From Naegleria gruberi (lineage: Eukaryota), in assembly GCA_000004985.1 (NCBI GenBank), contig GG738848.1: a stretch of DNA of 64,000 bases; one strand, 5' to 3'. The position numbers were made by a program, and so were the translations under genes. A model generated the notes under the pieces. The model did not search any database and was not told the DNA's origin. It saw nothing but the letters and a program-made list of their open reading frames with translations. Position 1 is the first letter of the stretch. Each line of letters opens with the position of its first letter. Shown one piece after another: positions 10,308-20,041 of this stretch.

Positions 10308-11519
10308 TTACATTTTCATATTTCGCTTAAATTTTCTATGAATTTTCACCAATTCTTCGCATAGACAGGCTTCCATTTCTCTGAATAAATCAAATCTCAA
10401 GAGTTGAGTTGATTCCTGCTCATGGAGTAAATAATTTTCTTGAATTTCTTTGCAAATGGAAGCAATCAAGCTCTTGCTGACATACTTGTATGGTTGTTTC
10501 TTAATGGAATCTTTTAGATAGTTTCGATAAATGGAAAGTGCTTGCTCTCTTTTAGCTTCATCATTTTGTAAAGTGTTAAATGTGATAATTTCTTGTAAAA
10601 GTGCAAAAACATGTTCAACATTTTGAACTTTGCATGCTTGTTTGAAATATTTGGACAGGTTTGGATTCCTAATTGTATCCAACATTTGCATAGTTTTGGA
10701 ATTGTTCAATGTTTCGGATACAACAGATTCTCTCTTTAGATTAATGAGTGTCATTCCCAAAACAATTGGAAGGACAATTGCCAAGCAAGCACCAACAACT
10801 GCAAGGTTAGTAGTTGAGGCATCATAGACCTTATCATCCTTTCCTCTTCCTTCATTCTTAATAGTACCAAAGAATGAACCTTGTTGTTTCGACCAGTTTC
10901 CAATAGCATTCTGATAAATTTGACCCTTGTACAAATCCTTAGCACGCGCATAATTGCCATTCTCTAACTCTTTTATAATCTCTTCCATCAATGGTAATGT
11001 ATACATATCACTTCCATTCTTACTTGCATGATTGAAATTTGTGGAATTTGTGGTTGACTCAATATTTGCAAAGATTCTATTGAGAGCTTCGACCATTTGA
11101 TCCCTGTAGACGTACCACAGCTTGGTTTCTTCATTACTTCCTGATAGTGCGCCTACTCTCACAATATCCAACAAGAGCTCACCAGTATTGAGCGCGTCAC
11201 CTCTTGCAATTAATGTTCTGACAGCTGGCTGATTGGAAATTTGAAACATGTTGATTGTTATACCGGCAACAATAATAAAAGCAGCAACATTGATCAACAA
11301 ACTAACAATTGAAAACAATCTCAAACAATCCAACTCTAAAATGCCACAACAAATTTTGACTTTGACGTTTAAAGTAGAGATGGTTGTCTTGGAGAAACGA
11401 GATGTTCTAGAGGTTTTCGAGTTGGTTCTGGATATTATGGATTTAGTTTCAGCTATTGTTGGTACAGAATTTGAAGTTGCGTCAAGAATTGCAACTTTTT
11501 TGAGTTGTTTGTTTTCCAT
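10308..11519 (-). CDS. Two-TM membrane protein with extracellular LIARGD domain and C-terminal RGS-like domain (paralog A)
   Basis: TM1 IVSLLINVAAFIIVAGITINMF, then about 160 aa starting ..LIARGDALNTG.., then TM2 LAVVGACLAIVLPIVLGMTLINL. The C-terminal YFKQACKVQNVEHVFALLQEIITF...ALSIYRNYL...FDLFREMEACL follows the RGS-box pattern. ATG 11519 is preferred over the GTG at 11591. Confidence 0.5.
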   Translation of the reverse strand: MENKQLKKVAILDATSNSVPTIAETKSIISRTNSKTSRTSRFSKTTISTLNVKVKICCGILELDCLRLFSIVSLLINVAAFIIVAGITINMFQISNQPAVRTLIARGDALNTGELLLDIVRVGALSGSNEETKLWYVYRDQMVEALNRIFANIESTTNSTNFNHASKNGSDMYTLPLMEEIIKELENGNYARAKDLYKGQIYQNAIGNWSKQQGSFFGTIKNEGRGKDDKVYDASTTNLAVVGACLAIVLPIVLGMTLINLKRESVVSETLNNSKTMQMLDTIRNPNLSKYFKQACKVQNVEHVFALLQEIITFNTLQNDEAKREQALSIYRNYLKDSIKKQPYKYVSKSLIASICKEIQENYLLHEQESTQLLRFDLFREMEACLCEELVKIHRKFKRNMKM

Positions 11520-11964
11520 TTGAGTTTTGACTTTTTTTTTTTGATTATACAGAGATTGAACAGTTGATATCAGATTTCTTCTGTTTGACACCTATTGAAA
11601 TGTTTGATAAGAATGGATTGTTTCAGAAGCTAGTTTCTCAAAGATAAGACAGTTGACTTGACTTGACAAGAAATTCGCAAATGTTCATTCCCTTCGAACA
11701 AATGAAAGTTATGAAACATAGAAGAGTCCCCACCATTTAATACACGCATGCCATTTGAACATCATCATTGGTTCCCTTGTTACAACAATTTTCAAACCAT
11801 ACCTTCTATATTTAGTAACAAGTAATGAAATCAAAAAAAAAGAGACGTTAGATTTAATATTTTTATTGTTTAGTAGGTTCCAATTTTGAGTTTGGTTCAT
11901 AGGGGGAAGGAGGCATCAAAGATAATCAAATGGCGATATTGAAAAAACAAACAGAAAAAAAAAG

Positions 11965-13431
11965 ATGACACTTGGTGCTGAAGAGACAATAGACGAAAGA
12001 TTGGACGAAAGTCCACCACAAGAAGAGTTCAACTCGGTGCAGATGCAGGAAATACAGATACAGGAAAATGCATGCAAGAAAGTGGTGACACTGATGGAAG
12101 AACATGATGGTCATGTTGTAGTGTTCAAGAGAGATTCGTCTGAAGAAGAGGATAACGATTCGTCTACTGATGTAGATTCTAATATTGCCATCGATGAATT
12201 TGAGATTGAATTACCAGATATCAGAGACGTTACTAGTTTGACATCTGCCACACCAATTTCAGCCAAAAGTCCAGTTGGAAATCCAGATCTGCCACTTGTC
12301 AGTTCACAATCTCAACAACCTAACAAGAAAAAATTCAAGATCAAATGCAATGCCTTTCGTTTGATCACATTAGCCAGTTTACTTTTCAACATTGTTGCAT
12401 TCCTTGCCCTCATTGGCCTCACAATCAATACCTATCTCAGTTCGAATAATACTTCAGTTGAGATTCTAATAGCTCGTGGTGATACGAATTATTATAATAC
12501 GGTACTTTGGGACACTGCCAAGTTGGCAGTCTTGACAAATGACAGTTCCACAACCAGTCGTTACACAACCAATGCCAAGAATTTTAGAAATTCATTGAAA
12601 AATATCCTTAATGGACTTCCGTCTGGTTTCCAATGGAAAATTTTGGATGGAACGAATGCGACCTCAAAAGCTCCAATGTTTCCTTATTATGACAGATTAT
12701 TCAATTTGACAACTGCCAAGAAATGGACAGAAGCAAGACAACTCTATTTTTCAACTGATTATCAGTCAACCTTAACACAATGGAATATTGATTATCAACA
12801 ATTTCATGAATCCATTACAAAAGTAGGTCAAGGATTAGATGACTATGTATTTGCCTCAAGTATTGCCAATTTGGTGATTATTGGTATTTCTTTGGCTATT
12901 GTTGTGCCAGTAATTGTCTTTGTTTTCGTATTGATGGTTAGAAAGGATGGAATGGCTAAGAGTTCATTGCAATCACTCAATTCTGAAATGATTTTAGAAA
13001 CGATGAGAAATGAACAGATGAGAGAAGATTTTAAGAATCATTGTATGGCAAGTAATATGTATGAATATTACTCTATATTGGAAAAGATGGTTATTTATTC
13101 TGAAATTTGTGGTCAAATTGCAGAGTTGACTAAACATGGTAAAGCCAGTGAACAAGTTCAGTTGTTGGAAAAGACAAAGATTGAAATTGCTTTTGAAATC
13201 ATTGCTGATGTCCAAGAAAGTAATAGCTCAGTACTCGATGAAAATACACGAAACTACATTAGTTCAACCGTTGATGAAGTGAATAATTCACTGAATGAGA
13301 GAGAAGATCTTGAGCAGAATAATCTTTCACCAACTCTATTCCACGACTTGGAAAAGGAAATCCAAGATCAACTTCTTTATGTACACTATGTCTTTAAACA
13401 CCAAAACACAAAAGTAATAAACACAGTGTAA
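11965..13431 (+). CDS. Two-TM membrane protein with extracellular LIARGD domain and C-terminal RGS-like domain (paralog B)
   Basis: Same architecture as the 10308..11519 gene: TM1 LITLASLLFNIVAFLALIGLTINTY, ..VEILIARGDTNYY.., TM2 LVIIGISLAIVVPVIVFVFVLMV, C-terminal EDFKNHCMASNMYEYYSILEKMV.... Transcribed divergently from a shared 445-bp region. Confidence 0.5.
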   Translation: MTLGAEETIDERLDESPPQEEFNSVQMQEIQIQENACKKVVTLMEEHDGHVVVFKRDSSEEEDNDSSTDVDSNIAIDEFEIELPDIRDVTSLTSATPISAKSPVGNPDLPLVSSQSQQPNKKKFKIKCNAFRLITLASLLFNIVAFLALIGLTINTYLSSNNTSVEILIARGDTNYYNTVLWDTAKLAVLTNDSSTTSRYTTNAKNFRNSLKNILNGLPSGFQWKILDGTNATSKAPMFPYYDRLFNLTTAKKWTEARQLYFSTDYQSTLTQWNIDYQQFHESITKVGQGLDDYVFASSIANLVIIGISLAIVVPVIVFVFVLMVRKDGMAKSSLQSLNSEMILETMRNEQMREDFKNHCMASNMYEYYSILEKMVIYSEICGQIAELTKHGKASEQVQLLEKTKIEIAFEIIADVQESNSSVLDENTRNYISSTVDEVNNSLNEREDLEQNNLSPTLFHDLEKEIQDQLLYVHYVFKHQNTKVINTV

Positions 13432-13462
13432 AGATTTAGATAAATCCAAAATATCAAAACAA

Positions 13463-13550
13463 TCCGATGAGACGGAATCGAACCGCCGACCACAGGATGA
13501 CAGTTTTTCTTGCTACAGTCCCATGCTCTACCAGCTGAGCTATCATCGGT
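13463..13550 (-). tRNA. tRNA-Tyr (GTA) with a 14-nt intron
   Basis: Reverse complement reads CCGATGA TA GCTCAGCTGGTAGAGC A TGGGA CTGTAG[caagaaaaactgtc]A TCCTG ..GGCGGTTCGATTCCGTC TCATCGG A. The intron sits 3' of position 37, as in all eukaryotic tRNA-Tyr. Confidence 0.85.
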
Positions 13551-13696
13551 TACAGAAATTGAATCAATGAAAACTTTTTGTATTAATAAATTCCTAGGAG
13601 AAAGGATCTATCAGATGAAATCAAAAAAGTGAAAATAATGACACTGTTGAAAATATAGTGTTTACTCTTTCATCACCAAATGGCTTCCTTTTCCGG

Positions 13697-15469
13697 TCAT
13701 TCATTGCAAGAGTAATAATATCTGGAAATACTGAAGGTACCTAATGATGCTACATTATCATGGGAATCATAAAACTCTTTGATAGACCTGTGATCGGCAG
13801 CTTGAATGTCACCATTAGGTCTTGGGTCTGTATTTGTTTCAACCACCACATATTTCAATGTTTTTGATACTTGACTCAATCTAGATGTGAATTCAGTCAT
13901 ATTTAACCATCCATTTGTGTGTCTTGAATTGTAATCAAATACAATATCAATATTATACAGCTGTTTGAGAAAATCTATTTGATGAAATAGATATTCATTT
14001 TCATGAAATCCTGATAAGACCAGATATTTCAAGTTAGGCATAACTTTGCATGATAACATGGATTCTAAAATTGTTCTACTGGTTTTTCCTATTTTCATTA
14101 CTGATTCATTATCTCTATACCCATCATCATCTTCAACAACGATTCTCAAATATTTCACTCCTGGAAATGTACATCCATTGAAAAATGAACCCCACCTATT
14201 CTGAGGATGCTTACTGTATGCGCTTAAATTATTATATTCAATGGAAAGAAATCTGATATTTGAAGGGAATTCGAAATCTTTCAAAGGATCCAAATAAAGA
14301 AGATTGATTAAACTTAGGCATATTGATCCTAACAATCTTTCCTTCAATTCGTTTAGGTTAACAGTTTCGTCTATCTCCTTATTAGTTGATTCCTTTTCTT
14401 CATCAATTTGCAAATTTGTCTCAACGTTGTCTCCATTGGAAACTTGAGTAAAGTCTTCATTTTTCAGTAATAGTAATAGAGGTGAGGCCAAAAGAGAGTA
14501 AACGTTCCAATAGGAAAGTAAGGCAATTGTCAAAAGGCCGGCATACATTATTCCATCATTGCTTTGAATATTTCTTGATAGTTCTTTGGGATGCATTCCT
14601 GTGAATGGCATTTGTTTTTCAATATTCTTTACAAAATATTCCCAACCAATAGATGATTCAATTCTAATTCCAAGACTTTTTCCGCTCTGTTTCCTTCCAA
14701 TAACTACACTTTTAACCCTTGATGAGAATGACTTGATAGGCCAGTTCTCGACATGGTTTTCAGAAAGTAGGAAATTCTCTCCAACAGACCAATAGTCAGA
14801 CAAAGATTCTGTATGCATGTATTTGTACATTTCAAGTGAGAGCATTAGTGACTGTGTGAGAAACATTTCAAAAGCATGCTCCTTATTTTTGTAATATAGC
14901 TCATAATCCTCAAATGAAATGTTAAATCTATTCAATCTTGATTGAATCATCTCCTTACAAGCATCCTCATCACAATAATCATTCATATGCAATGGATCTG
15001 TAATAATACTGCTTATTGTATCAAAATCCAGTTTTTGACTTGTTTTTCCTCTCTCAATAGCTCCAATCATTACCTCAAGTCGAAGAGCTTCATCCATCTC
15101 AGTGGTATTCAAATCTCCTTGGCACAAATCCAAAGAATCAAAAGAGTTTGTTCTAATCCAGTACATGATTTTCTGATGAAAAACAAATCCTTTCAACCAA
15201 AACCTCTCAAAAGCCTCATCTCCATTCCCCACTATCATTTCCCTCAACCTTCTCGTAATGGATCCGAATCGGATCACTGATTTAATATTTTCAAAAGGTG
15301 GTATGTAATTTTCTACCTGACTAACCAATCTCATATCCACCCTATCATCATGTAACCTATCGAGATCACCAACCAGATACGAAATAATCTCCAAAATAAG
15401 TTCCTTCGGTATTGATTGAAAATTGTAAGTCGAATAATCTCTTTCTAAATATCTTTGATTTGATATCAT
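13697..15469 (-). CDS. F-box-like hypothetical protein
   Basis: N-terminal IPKELILEIISYLVGDLDRL is F-box-like. Long C-terminal region with LRR-like periodicity. ATG 15469 is preferred; the track ORF extends to 15523. Confidence 0.45.
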   Translation of the reverse strand: MISNQRYLERDYSTYNFQSIPKELILEIISYLVGDLDRLHDDRVDMRLVSQVENYIPPFENIKSVIRFGSITRRLREMIVGNGDEAFERFWLKGFVFHQKIMYWIRTNSFDSLDLCQGDLNTTEMDEALRLEVMIGAIERGKTSQKLDFDTISSIITDPLHMNDYCDEDACKEMIQSRLNRFNISFEDYELYYKNKEHAFEMFLTQSLMLSLEMYKYMHTESLSDYWSVGENFLLSENHVENWPIKSFSSRVKSVVIGRKQSGKSLGIRIESSIGWEYFVKNIEKQMPFTGMHPKELSRNIQSNDGIMYAGLLTIALLSYWNVYSLLASPLLLLLKNEDFTQVSNGDNVETNLQIDEEKESTNKEIDETVNLNELKERLLGSICLSLINLLYLDPLKDFEFPSNIRFLSIEYNNLSAYSKHPQNRWGSFFNGCTFPGVKYLRIVVEDDDGYRDNESVMKIGKTSRTILESMLSCKVMPNLKYLVLSGFHENEYLFHQIDFLKQLYNIDIVFDYNSRHTNGWLNMTEFTSRLSQVSKTLKYVVVETNTDPRPNGDIQAADHRSIKEFYDSHDNVASLGTFSISRYYYSCNE

Positions 15470-15620
15470 TTTTTTGAAATATTTAATTTTCTTTTTTTTT
15501 GTAAATATCAAAATTGCACACAAATCTCAAATATTGTTAAAACTCATTGAGTCAATTCTTCATCCCGATTTTTATAATCAATTATCGGGATTGAATGCTA
15601 ATCAGGTTCCAAAAAGAAAA

Positions 15621-16052
15621 ATGCCACCTTATTCCCTTCACGATAATCAAGTCTCTACCTCTTCATCATCAGAAAGGAGAAATATTGCTAGTATCGGAGT
15701 GTTGGAACATCGTGTTAATTGTATTATTGGAGTGAATCCAGAGGAGAGAGTCAATACACAAGATATTCTGATTGATATTGAAGTACAATATGATATTAGT
15801 CAAGCTGCTGCATCGGACAATGTTGTGGATACGTTCAGTTATGTGGATTTGAGAGATTTAGCAACAGAATTGGCTACTACGAGAAAGTACCAATTATTGG
15901 AAACTTTCTGTGTTGAATTCATTGATAGAGTTGAGAAGGATTACATCTCCAAGGGAGTCTTGAGTTGTTTTATCCAAATTAAAAAGCCAGAAGTGATGAA
16001 AACCACCAAATACCCATACGTTGCTCTGAAGAGAAATTTTGTCCAATTCTAA
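15621..16052 (+). CDS. folB: Dihydroneopterin aldolase (FolB family), stand-alone
   Basis: IGVNPEERVNTQDILIDIEVQYDISQAAASDNVVDTFSYVDL...LLETFCVEFIDRV...IQIKKPEVM is collinear with bacterial FolB (IGVYDWEQ..QKLVFDIEM..AAKSDDVADCLSYA..LVERVAEEVAELLL..IKLSKPGAV). ATG at 15621. Confidence 0.7.
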   Translation: MPPYSLHDNQVSTSSSSERRNIASIGVLEHRVNCIIGVNPEERVNTQDILIDIEVQYDISQAAASDNVVDTFSYVDLRDLATELATTRKYQLLETFCVEFIDRVEKDYISKGVLSCFIQIKKPEVMKTTKYPYVALKRNFVQF

Positions 16053-16423
16053 ATCATCATCTACTACTTTCAATGAACACAACAACATGACATTTGTTTT
16101 TGCCATCATGATGGTGATGACTTTTAAATAATATTGTTTGTGTAACGGCTAGTTTTTTAATTTTCTTCAATAACGTTCTTCAACAATACAAATGAATGCA
16201 TACGGAAGATTTAAATTCTCACTTTTTATTAAAATTACAATGTAATATATTTGTTGTTTTTGTTGTTGTTTTATACCTAGGGTCTATTCTCTCGCTCCAT
16301 TTGTAATATATTGAGAGAAAATTCAACTCTTCTCTCTCAAATATATTGAAAATAATAATAATACATAATAGTAGTAGTGGTAGCATATCATTATCATGCA
16401 ATATTTTCGATACGGATGATATT

Positions 16424-16963
16424 CTATTGAGAGGTAGTAGCAATAATACTTGTTCCATTGCTCAAATTGCTAAAGATTGGAATGTAAACAAGTGACAAGA
16501 CAAACAAGGCAACCATACAAATAGTAATGATAGAACCATTCAATACAAATGAAGCAAAGTTAAATCCAACACTGCCATTATTGTTTGATGATTGTTGTTG
16601 CTTCTTTTTCGAAGTGTTATTAGAATTACCTTCATTGCCAGTAGTAGATGAAGAAGAAGAAGTGAAAGAAGCCAAAACAATCCAAGCCAAACCAGTCAAG
16701 GCATGAAGTGCCAAACTTGCAAGATAATAAACCTTCAAATTCATGAGGAGTTTCCATTGAAAGAATTTGACGTGATTCAAACCGATTGTTCCCAGAAATG
16801 TGTGAACAAGTCCAAGGATGAAATGTTCTGAATAGAGTTCGTGGATAACTCTTGGATCATCGACTGCTGTTGCATATTTTGCTCGATCGAAACCTATCAG
16901 GAAGAAGGAAAGAAGAACACCTGAGGAGGCAAGGAGAAGGAGGTTAAGATCGAATTTTTGCAT
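16424..16963 (-). CDS. Small multi-pass membrane protein, hypothetical
   Basis: 179 aa from ATG 16963. Hydrophobic segments LLLASSGVLLSFFLIGF, HFILGLVHTFLGTIGL, YLASLALHALTGLAWIVLASF and IITICMVALFVLSLVYIPIF are separated by an S/N-rich loop. Confidence 0.4.
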   Translation of the reverse strand: MQKFDLNLLLLASSGVLLSFFLIGFDRAKYATAVDDPRVIHELYSEHFILGLVHTFLGTIGLNHVKFFQWKLLMNLKVYYLASLALHALTGLAWIVLASFTSSSSSTTGNEGNSNNTSKKKQQQSSNNNGSVGFNFASFVLNGSIITICMVALFVLSLVYIPIFSNLSNGTSIIATTSQ

Positions 16964-17318
16964 TTTTTTTAATGATGTGCTGCTTGTGTAAAACACGTCA
17001 GAAATCAACTTTTCCACATGTCAAACTTGTGTGAAGGCGGTTGAAATTTAGAAGTGAATTTCCTCAAGGTTGATTTTCAAAGAATAACAATTCCATAAAT
17101 ATGGGACTAAGGAACTCTTTTTTAGCGCATTTCCACCTTACTACAATTGTAATGCAAATGAAGTATCAGAATTGTAACATTTCCACATGTTTCATTTAAT
17201 GTTTTACAACAATTAGTCGGTCTCTCAACAAGGTGCGACCAATATGATAATTTGGCATGGTGACCATAATTTCCTAAGTACCTCAGTTGAGTTGACCCAT
17301 GTTGTAAATTGCAAAAGT

Positions 17319-18803
17319 TTACAGTTTGAAAATCTTATTGACATTTTCCCTTGTCTTGGTGAGATAGAAATCTGGATCTTTTGGACTATAGTCAAGGTAG
17401 GCAGATGCAATATTATCAAATTGGTCAGAGTTTGGATTATTAACGGTTATTGGGATGGCTGGCTCTATTTGGGTACCTTCATGCCATTCATTATAGGATG
17501 TTATGGTAATGTATTGAGGGAAATGCTTTAGATTGAGAACAGCATCAAACATTCTTTGATAATATTGACCATTCTCTCTTCCTTTGGTGTTTTGCTTGTT
17601 CCATGGTCTAATCTTTTCATCTATATAACCAGGTGCTATTGAGGGTATGAATAACAAGTTATTATTATGAGCCCATTCACTAATTTCCTGCCACTTTGAG
17701 CATGTAGACCCTTCTGTGAATTGATCTGCAGCGAAGTATGTATAAAACCCATCCATAAACGAATTCTTAATATTATCCCTCATTCCTGAATTTAAATATA
17801 GTCCAATAATTATAGAATCGTACTTTGTGTTTCTGATGGTGTCCTTTCCATTTGGTGATAGAATAGTTTTCCACTCTTCTGCTGATAAAATGTATGAATC
17901 ATACATATAAAATAATGGTTTTCCATTATGTCTAAAGAATGCCTTTGAATTTCCATACTTATCAATGACATATTTGATATCTCTCTTGACACTGGCAGCA
18001 TTTCTTCCTTTGTAAGGTTCCATATGGAAAATAACCTGCAATCCAGCTTCCTCAGCACATTCCATAAAGAATGGTGTTATCAATTCAGTATTGCTTCCAT
18101 TCTCATCAGCTTCTGAAACGCCCCACCAGCTCAATACTATAACATGCACATTGGCCTTATTTTTAATTTCCAAAAATTGTTCCATCACCACATCCTTATC
18201 AGTGGAAGAATATGCTCCTCTACTTGGATAGAAATTAGTTGCCAATTGTTTCAGTTTAGGATCATGTTCCTTTCCAACAAGATGTTTATATTGTTCATTT
18301 GTACTTGCAGTCCAGTGAGGTAAAACTTTGTGATTCCAATGTTCATACTTTTTATCATGTTTCTCATTCTTATACCATGCATAGTAAAAGATGTGAGCAA
18401 AGGGATGAAAATTATTTCCTCCACTATTTGATTGTGTTACATTGGATGGTAAAGTTTTATCGGATGATGAATTTTCTTCCAATTGATTATTATTATTGTC
18501 AATATTACTACGTCCTGAATTTAATTTCATATTATTATTGTTCTGATGATGATTATCCAAATTACTCGTTAATGATTCAATAATTTCCTTTGCAGAGTGA
18601 TGACGAAGAGAAACCAACGAATGTTGATACAATGAAAAGATTAAAAACAAGAGAAATCCAGCCAAGACTGTATACCACAGAAATCTTCTCTTACCAAAAA
18701 ACAAACTCGGAATGAATGTACTTCTTCCCTTGGATGATGATGAAGATGTTGTAGAATAAGAAGGGGCAATAGGAGAATCAAAGGCGACTTCTTCAATGCC
18801 CAT
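17319..18803 (-). CDS. Glycoprotein endo-alpha-1,2-mannosidase (GH99), type II membrane protein
   Basis: HIFYYAWYKNEKHDKKYEHWNHKVLPHW, VIVLSWWG, FHMEPY and ITSYNEWHEGTQIEP are diagnostic of GH99. N-terminal signal-anchor FLWYTVLAGFLLFLIFSLY. ATG 18803; the track ORF starts at an upstream TTG. Confidence 0.75.
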   Translation of the reverse strand: MGIEEVAFDSPIAPSYSTTSSSSSKGRSTFIPSLFFGKRRFLWYTVLAGFLLFLIFSLYQHSLVSLRHHSAKEIIESLTSNLDNHHQNNNNMKLNSGRSNIDNNNNQLEENSSSDKTLPSNVTQSNSGGNNFHPFAHIFYYAWYKNEKHDKKYEHWNHKVLPHWTASTNEQYKHLVGKEHDPKLKQLATNFYPSRGAYSSTDKDVVMEQFLEIKNKANVHVIVLSWWGVSEADENGSNTELITPFFMECAEEAGLQVIFHMEPYKGRNAASVKRDIKYVIDKYGNSKAFFRHNGKPLFYMYDSYILSAEEWKTILSPNGKDTIRNTKYDSIIIGLYLNSGMRDNIKNSFMDGFYTYFAADQFTEGSTCSKWQEISEWAHNNNLLFIPSIAPGYIDEKIRPWNKQNTKGRENGQYYQRMFDAVLNLKHFPQYITITSYNEWHEGTQIEPAIPITVNNPNSDQFDNIASAYLDYSPKDPDFYLTKTRENVNKIFKL

Positions 18804-19113
18804 AGAATTAAATTGTTGCAATTTTTTGATCTGATTTCAAGTCCTTCTCCTCCGAAGAAACACGTGTTCGTTGATAAAGAGTTGAATAATTCTTCTTGCA
18901 CGATAATGTGCCTATTCACTAGGGAAGAAGCAACATTTTCTTATTGAGAAAATTTGATGTTGAAAAGTGTGGCGCCTTAATTTTACTTCTTAAAAAAAAT
19001 ACAAATTCTTCATCATACCACTCGTTCTTAAGAGTTACTCCCGAGAGCAGTTGCTGTTGTTTTTAAAGATTTGATCAACAAATTTTGTACTTTAAATTGT
19101 ATAATAGAGAGAA

Positions 19114-19845
19114 ATGAATATGCAACCGGGTGTTCCTTTTCCTAATAACAATTATAATGCTATGAGGCCTCAATCATCTGGAAATGTTCAACCAAACACT
19201 TTTAATTATCATCCAAACATGATGAATACTCCTTTAAATTTACAGAATAATCAGGTTCTCCCAGAATCGATAACGTATCAATTAATGGAAATGATAAATT
19301 CAGCAATATTCCAACTTCAACAACAATCCCAGAGTCCTCAATTCATAATGCCATCTCCATCAGTGCAGAATCCACCTGTTCCACAACCATCAAATGTACA
19401 CACATCACTAAATGATGCTTCAATAGCCCTCACTGAAGATGTGGAATATCTCTATCAAGAGTTTGAGAAAATTCAAAAACAACATGCAAAACAAAAGGAA
19501 GTCAACAAATCTGTGGAATTTATTGTTAGGGAGAAGTATCAAACACACAAAAAGGAGGAAAGAGAAAAGAAATTGAAAAAGGAGATTGCACAGAAATATC
19601 AGAATCCATCGAATAGGCAACATAGTGCTGCAATTAAAATACAAAGGTGGTTCAGACAAGAATTATCGAAAAAGAAGGATAAGAAAATAACTACTTTAAA
19701 ACGAGAAGTCGACATGTTGAAATACCAGGTTCAAAGATTACAAATAGATCAAAAAACAACGTTACAATTGGTTAGATTGCTATTTGAGCAGGTGCAATTA
19801 CTTACAAGAGAAGTTAGGGAGAGGGATAGTAGCGAAGATCAGTAA
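19114..19845 (+). CDS. IQ-motif coiled-coil hypothetical protein
   Basis: N/Q/P-rich N-terminus. IQ motif AAIKIQRWFRQELSKKK. C-terminal heptad-like coiled coil. Confidence 0.45.
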   Translation: MNMQPGVPFPNNNYNAMRPQSSGNVQPNTFNYHPNMMNTPLNLQNNQVLPESITYQLMEMINSAIFQLQQQSQSPQFIMPSPSVQNPPVPQPSNVHTSLNDASIALTEDVEYLYQEFEKIQKQHAKQKEVNKSVEFIVREKYQTHKKEEREKKLKKEIAQKYQNPSNRQHSAAIKIQRWFRQELSKKKDKKITTLKREVDMLKYQVQRLQIDQKTTLQLVRLLFEQVQLLTREVRERDSSEDQ

Positions 19846-19995
19846 CTTTGGAAGGATTTTTGAAAAGTTAACTTAACATTTCTAATTAACTTGAAATAAA
19901 TCTCTTCCACATGGAATTGGTAGATTTCCACTTGTGTATAAGCAGGTAACTGACAACCAGATCATTTACTTTCATTGTTTTTTGAGATTCTCATA

Positions 19996-20041
19996 TGACC
20001 AAACCAGTTGACCAAAAAACATGGACTGTTGACCAAAAAAA
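19996..20041 (+). promoter_or_regulatory. Direct repeats of GTTGACCAAAAAA (W-box-like TTGACC cores) immediately 5' of the 20042 ATG
   Basis: tgaccaaacc / aGTTGACCAAAAAAc / tGTTGACCAAAAAAAA occur within 46 bp and end at the start codon. Confidence 0.3.
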
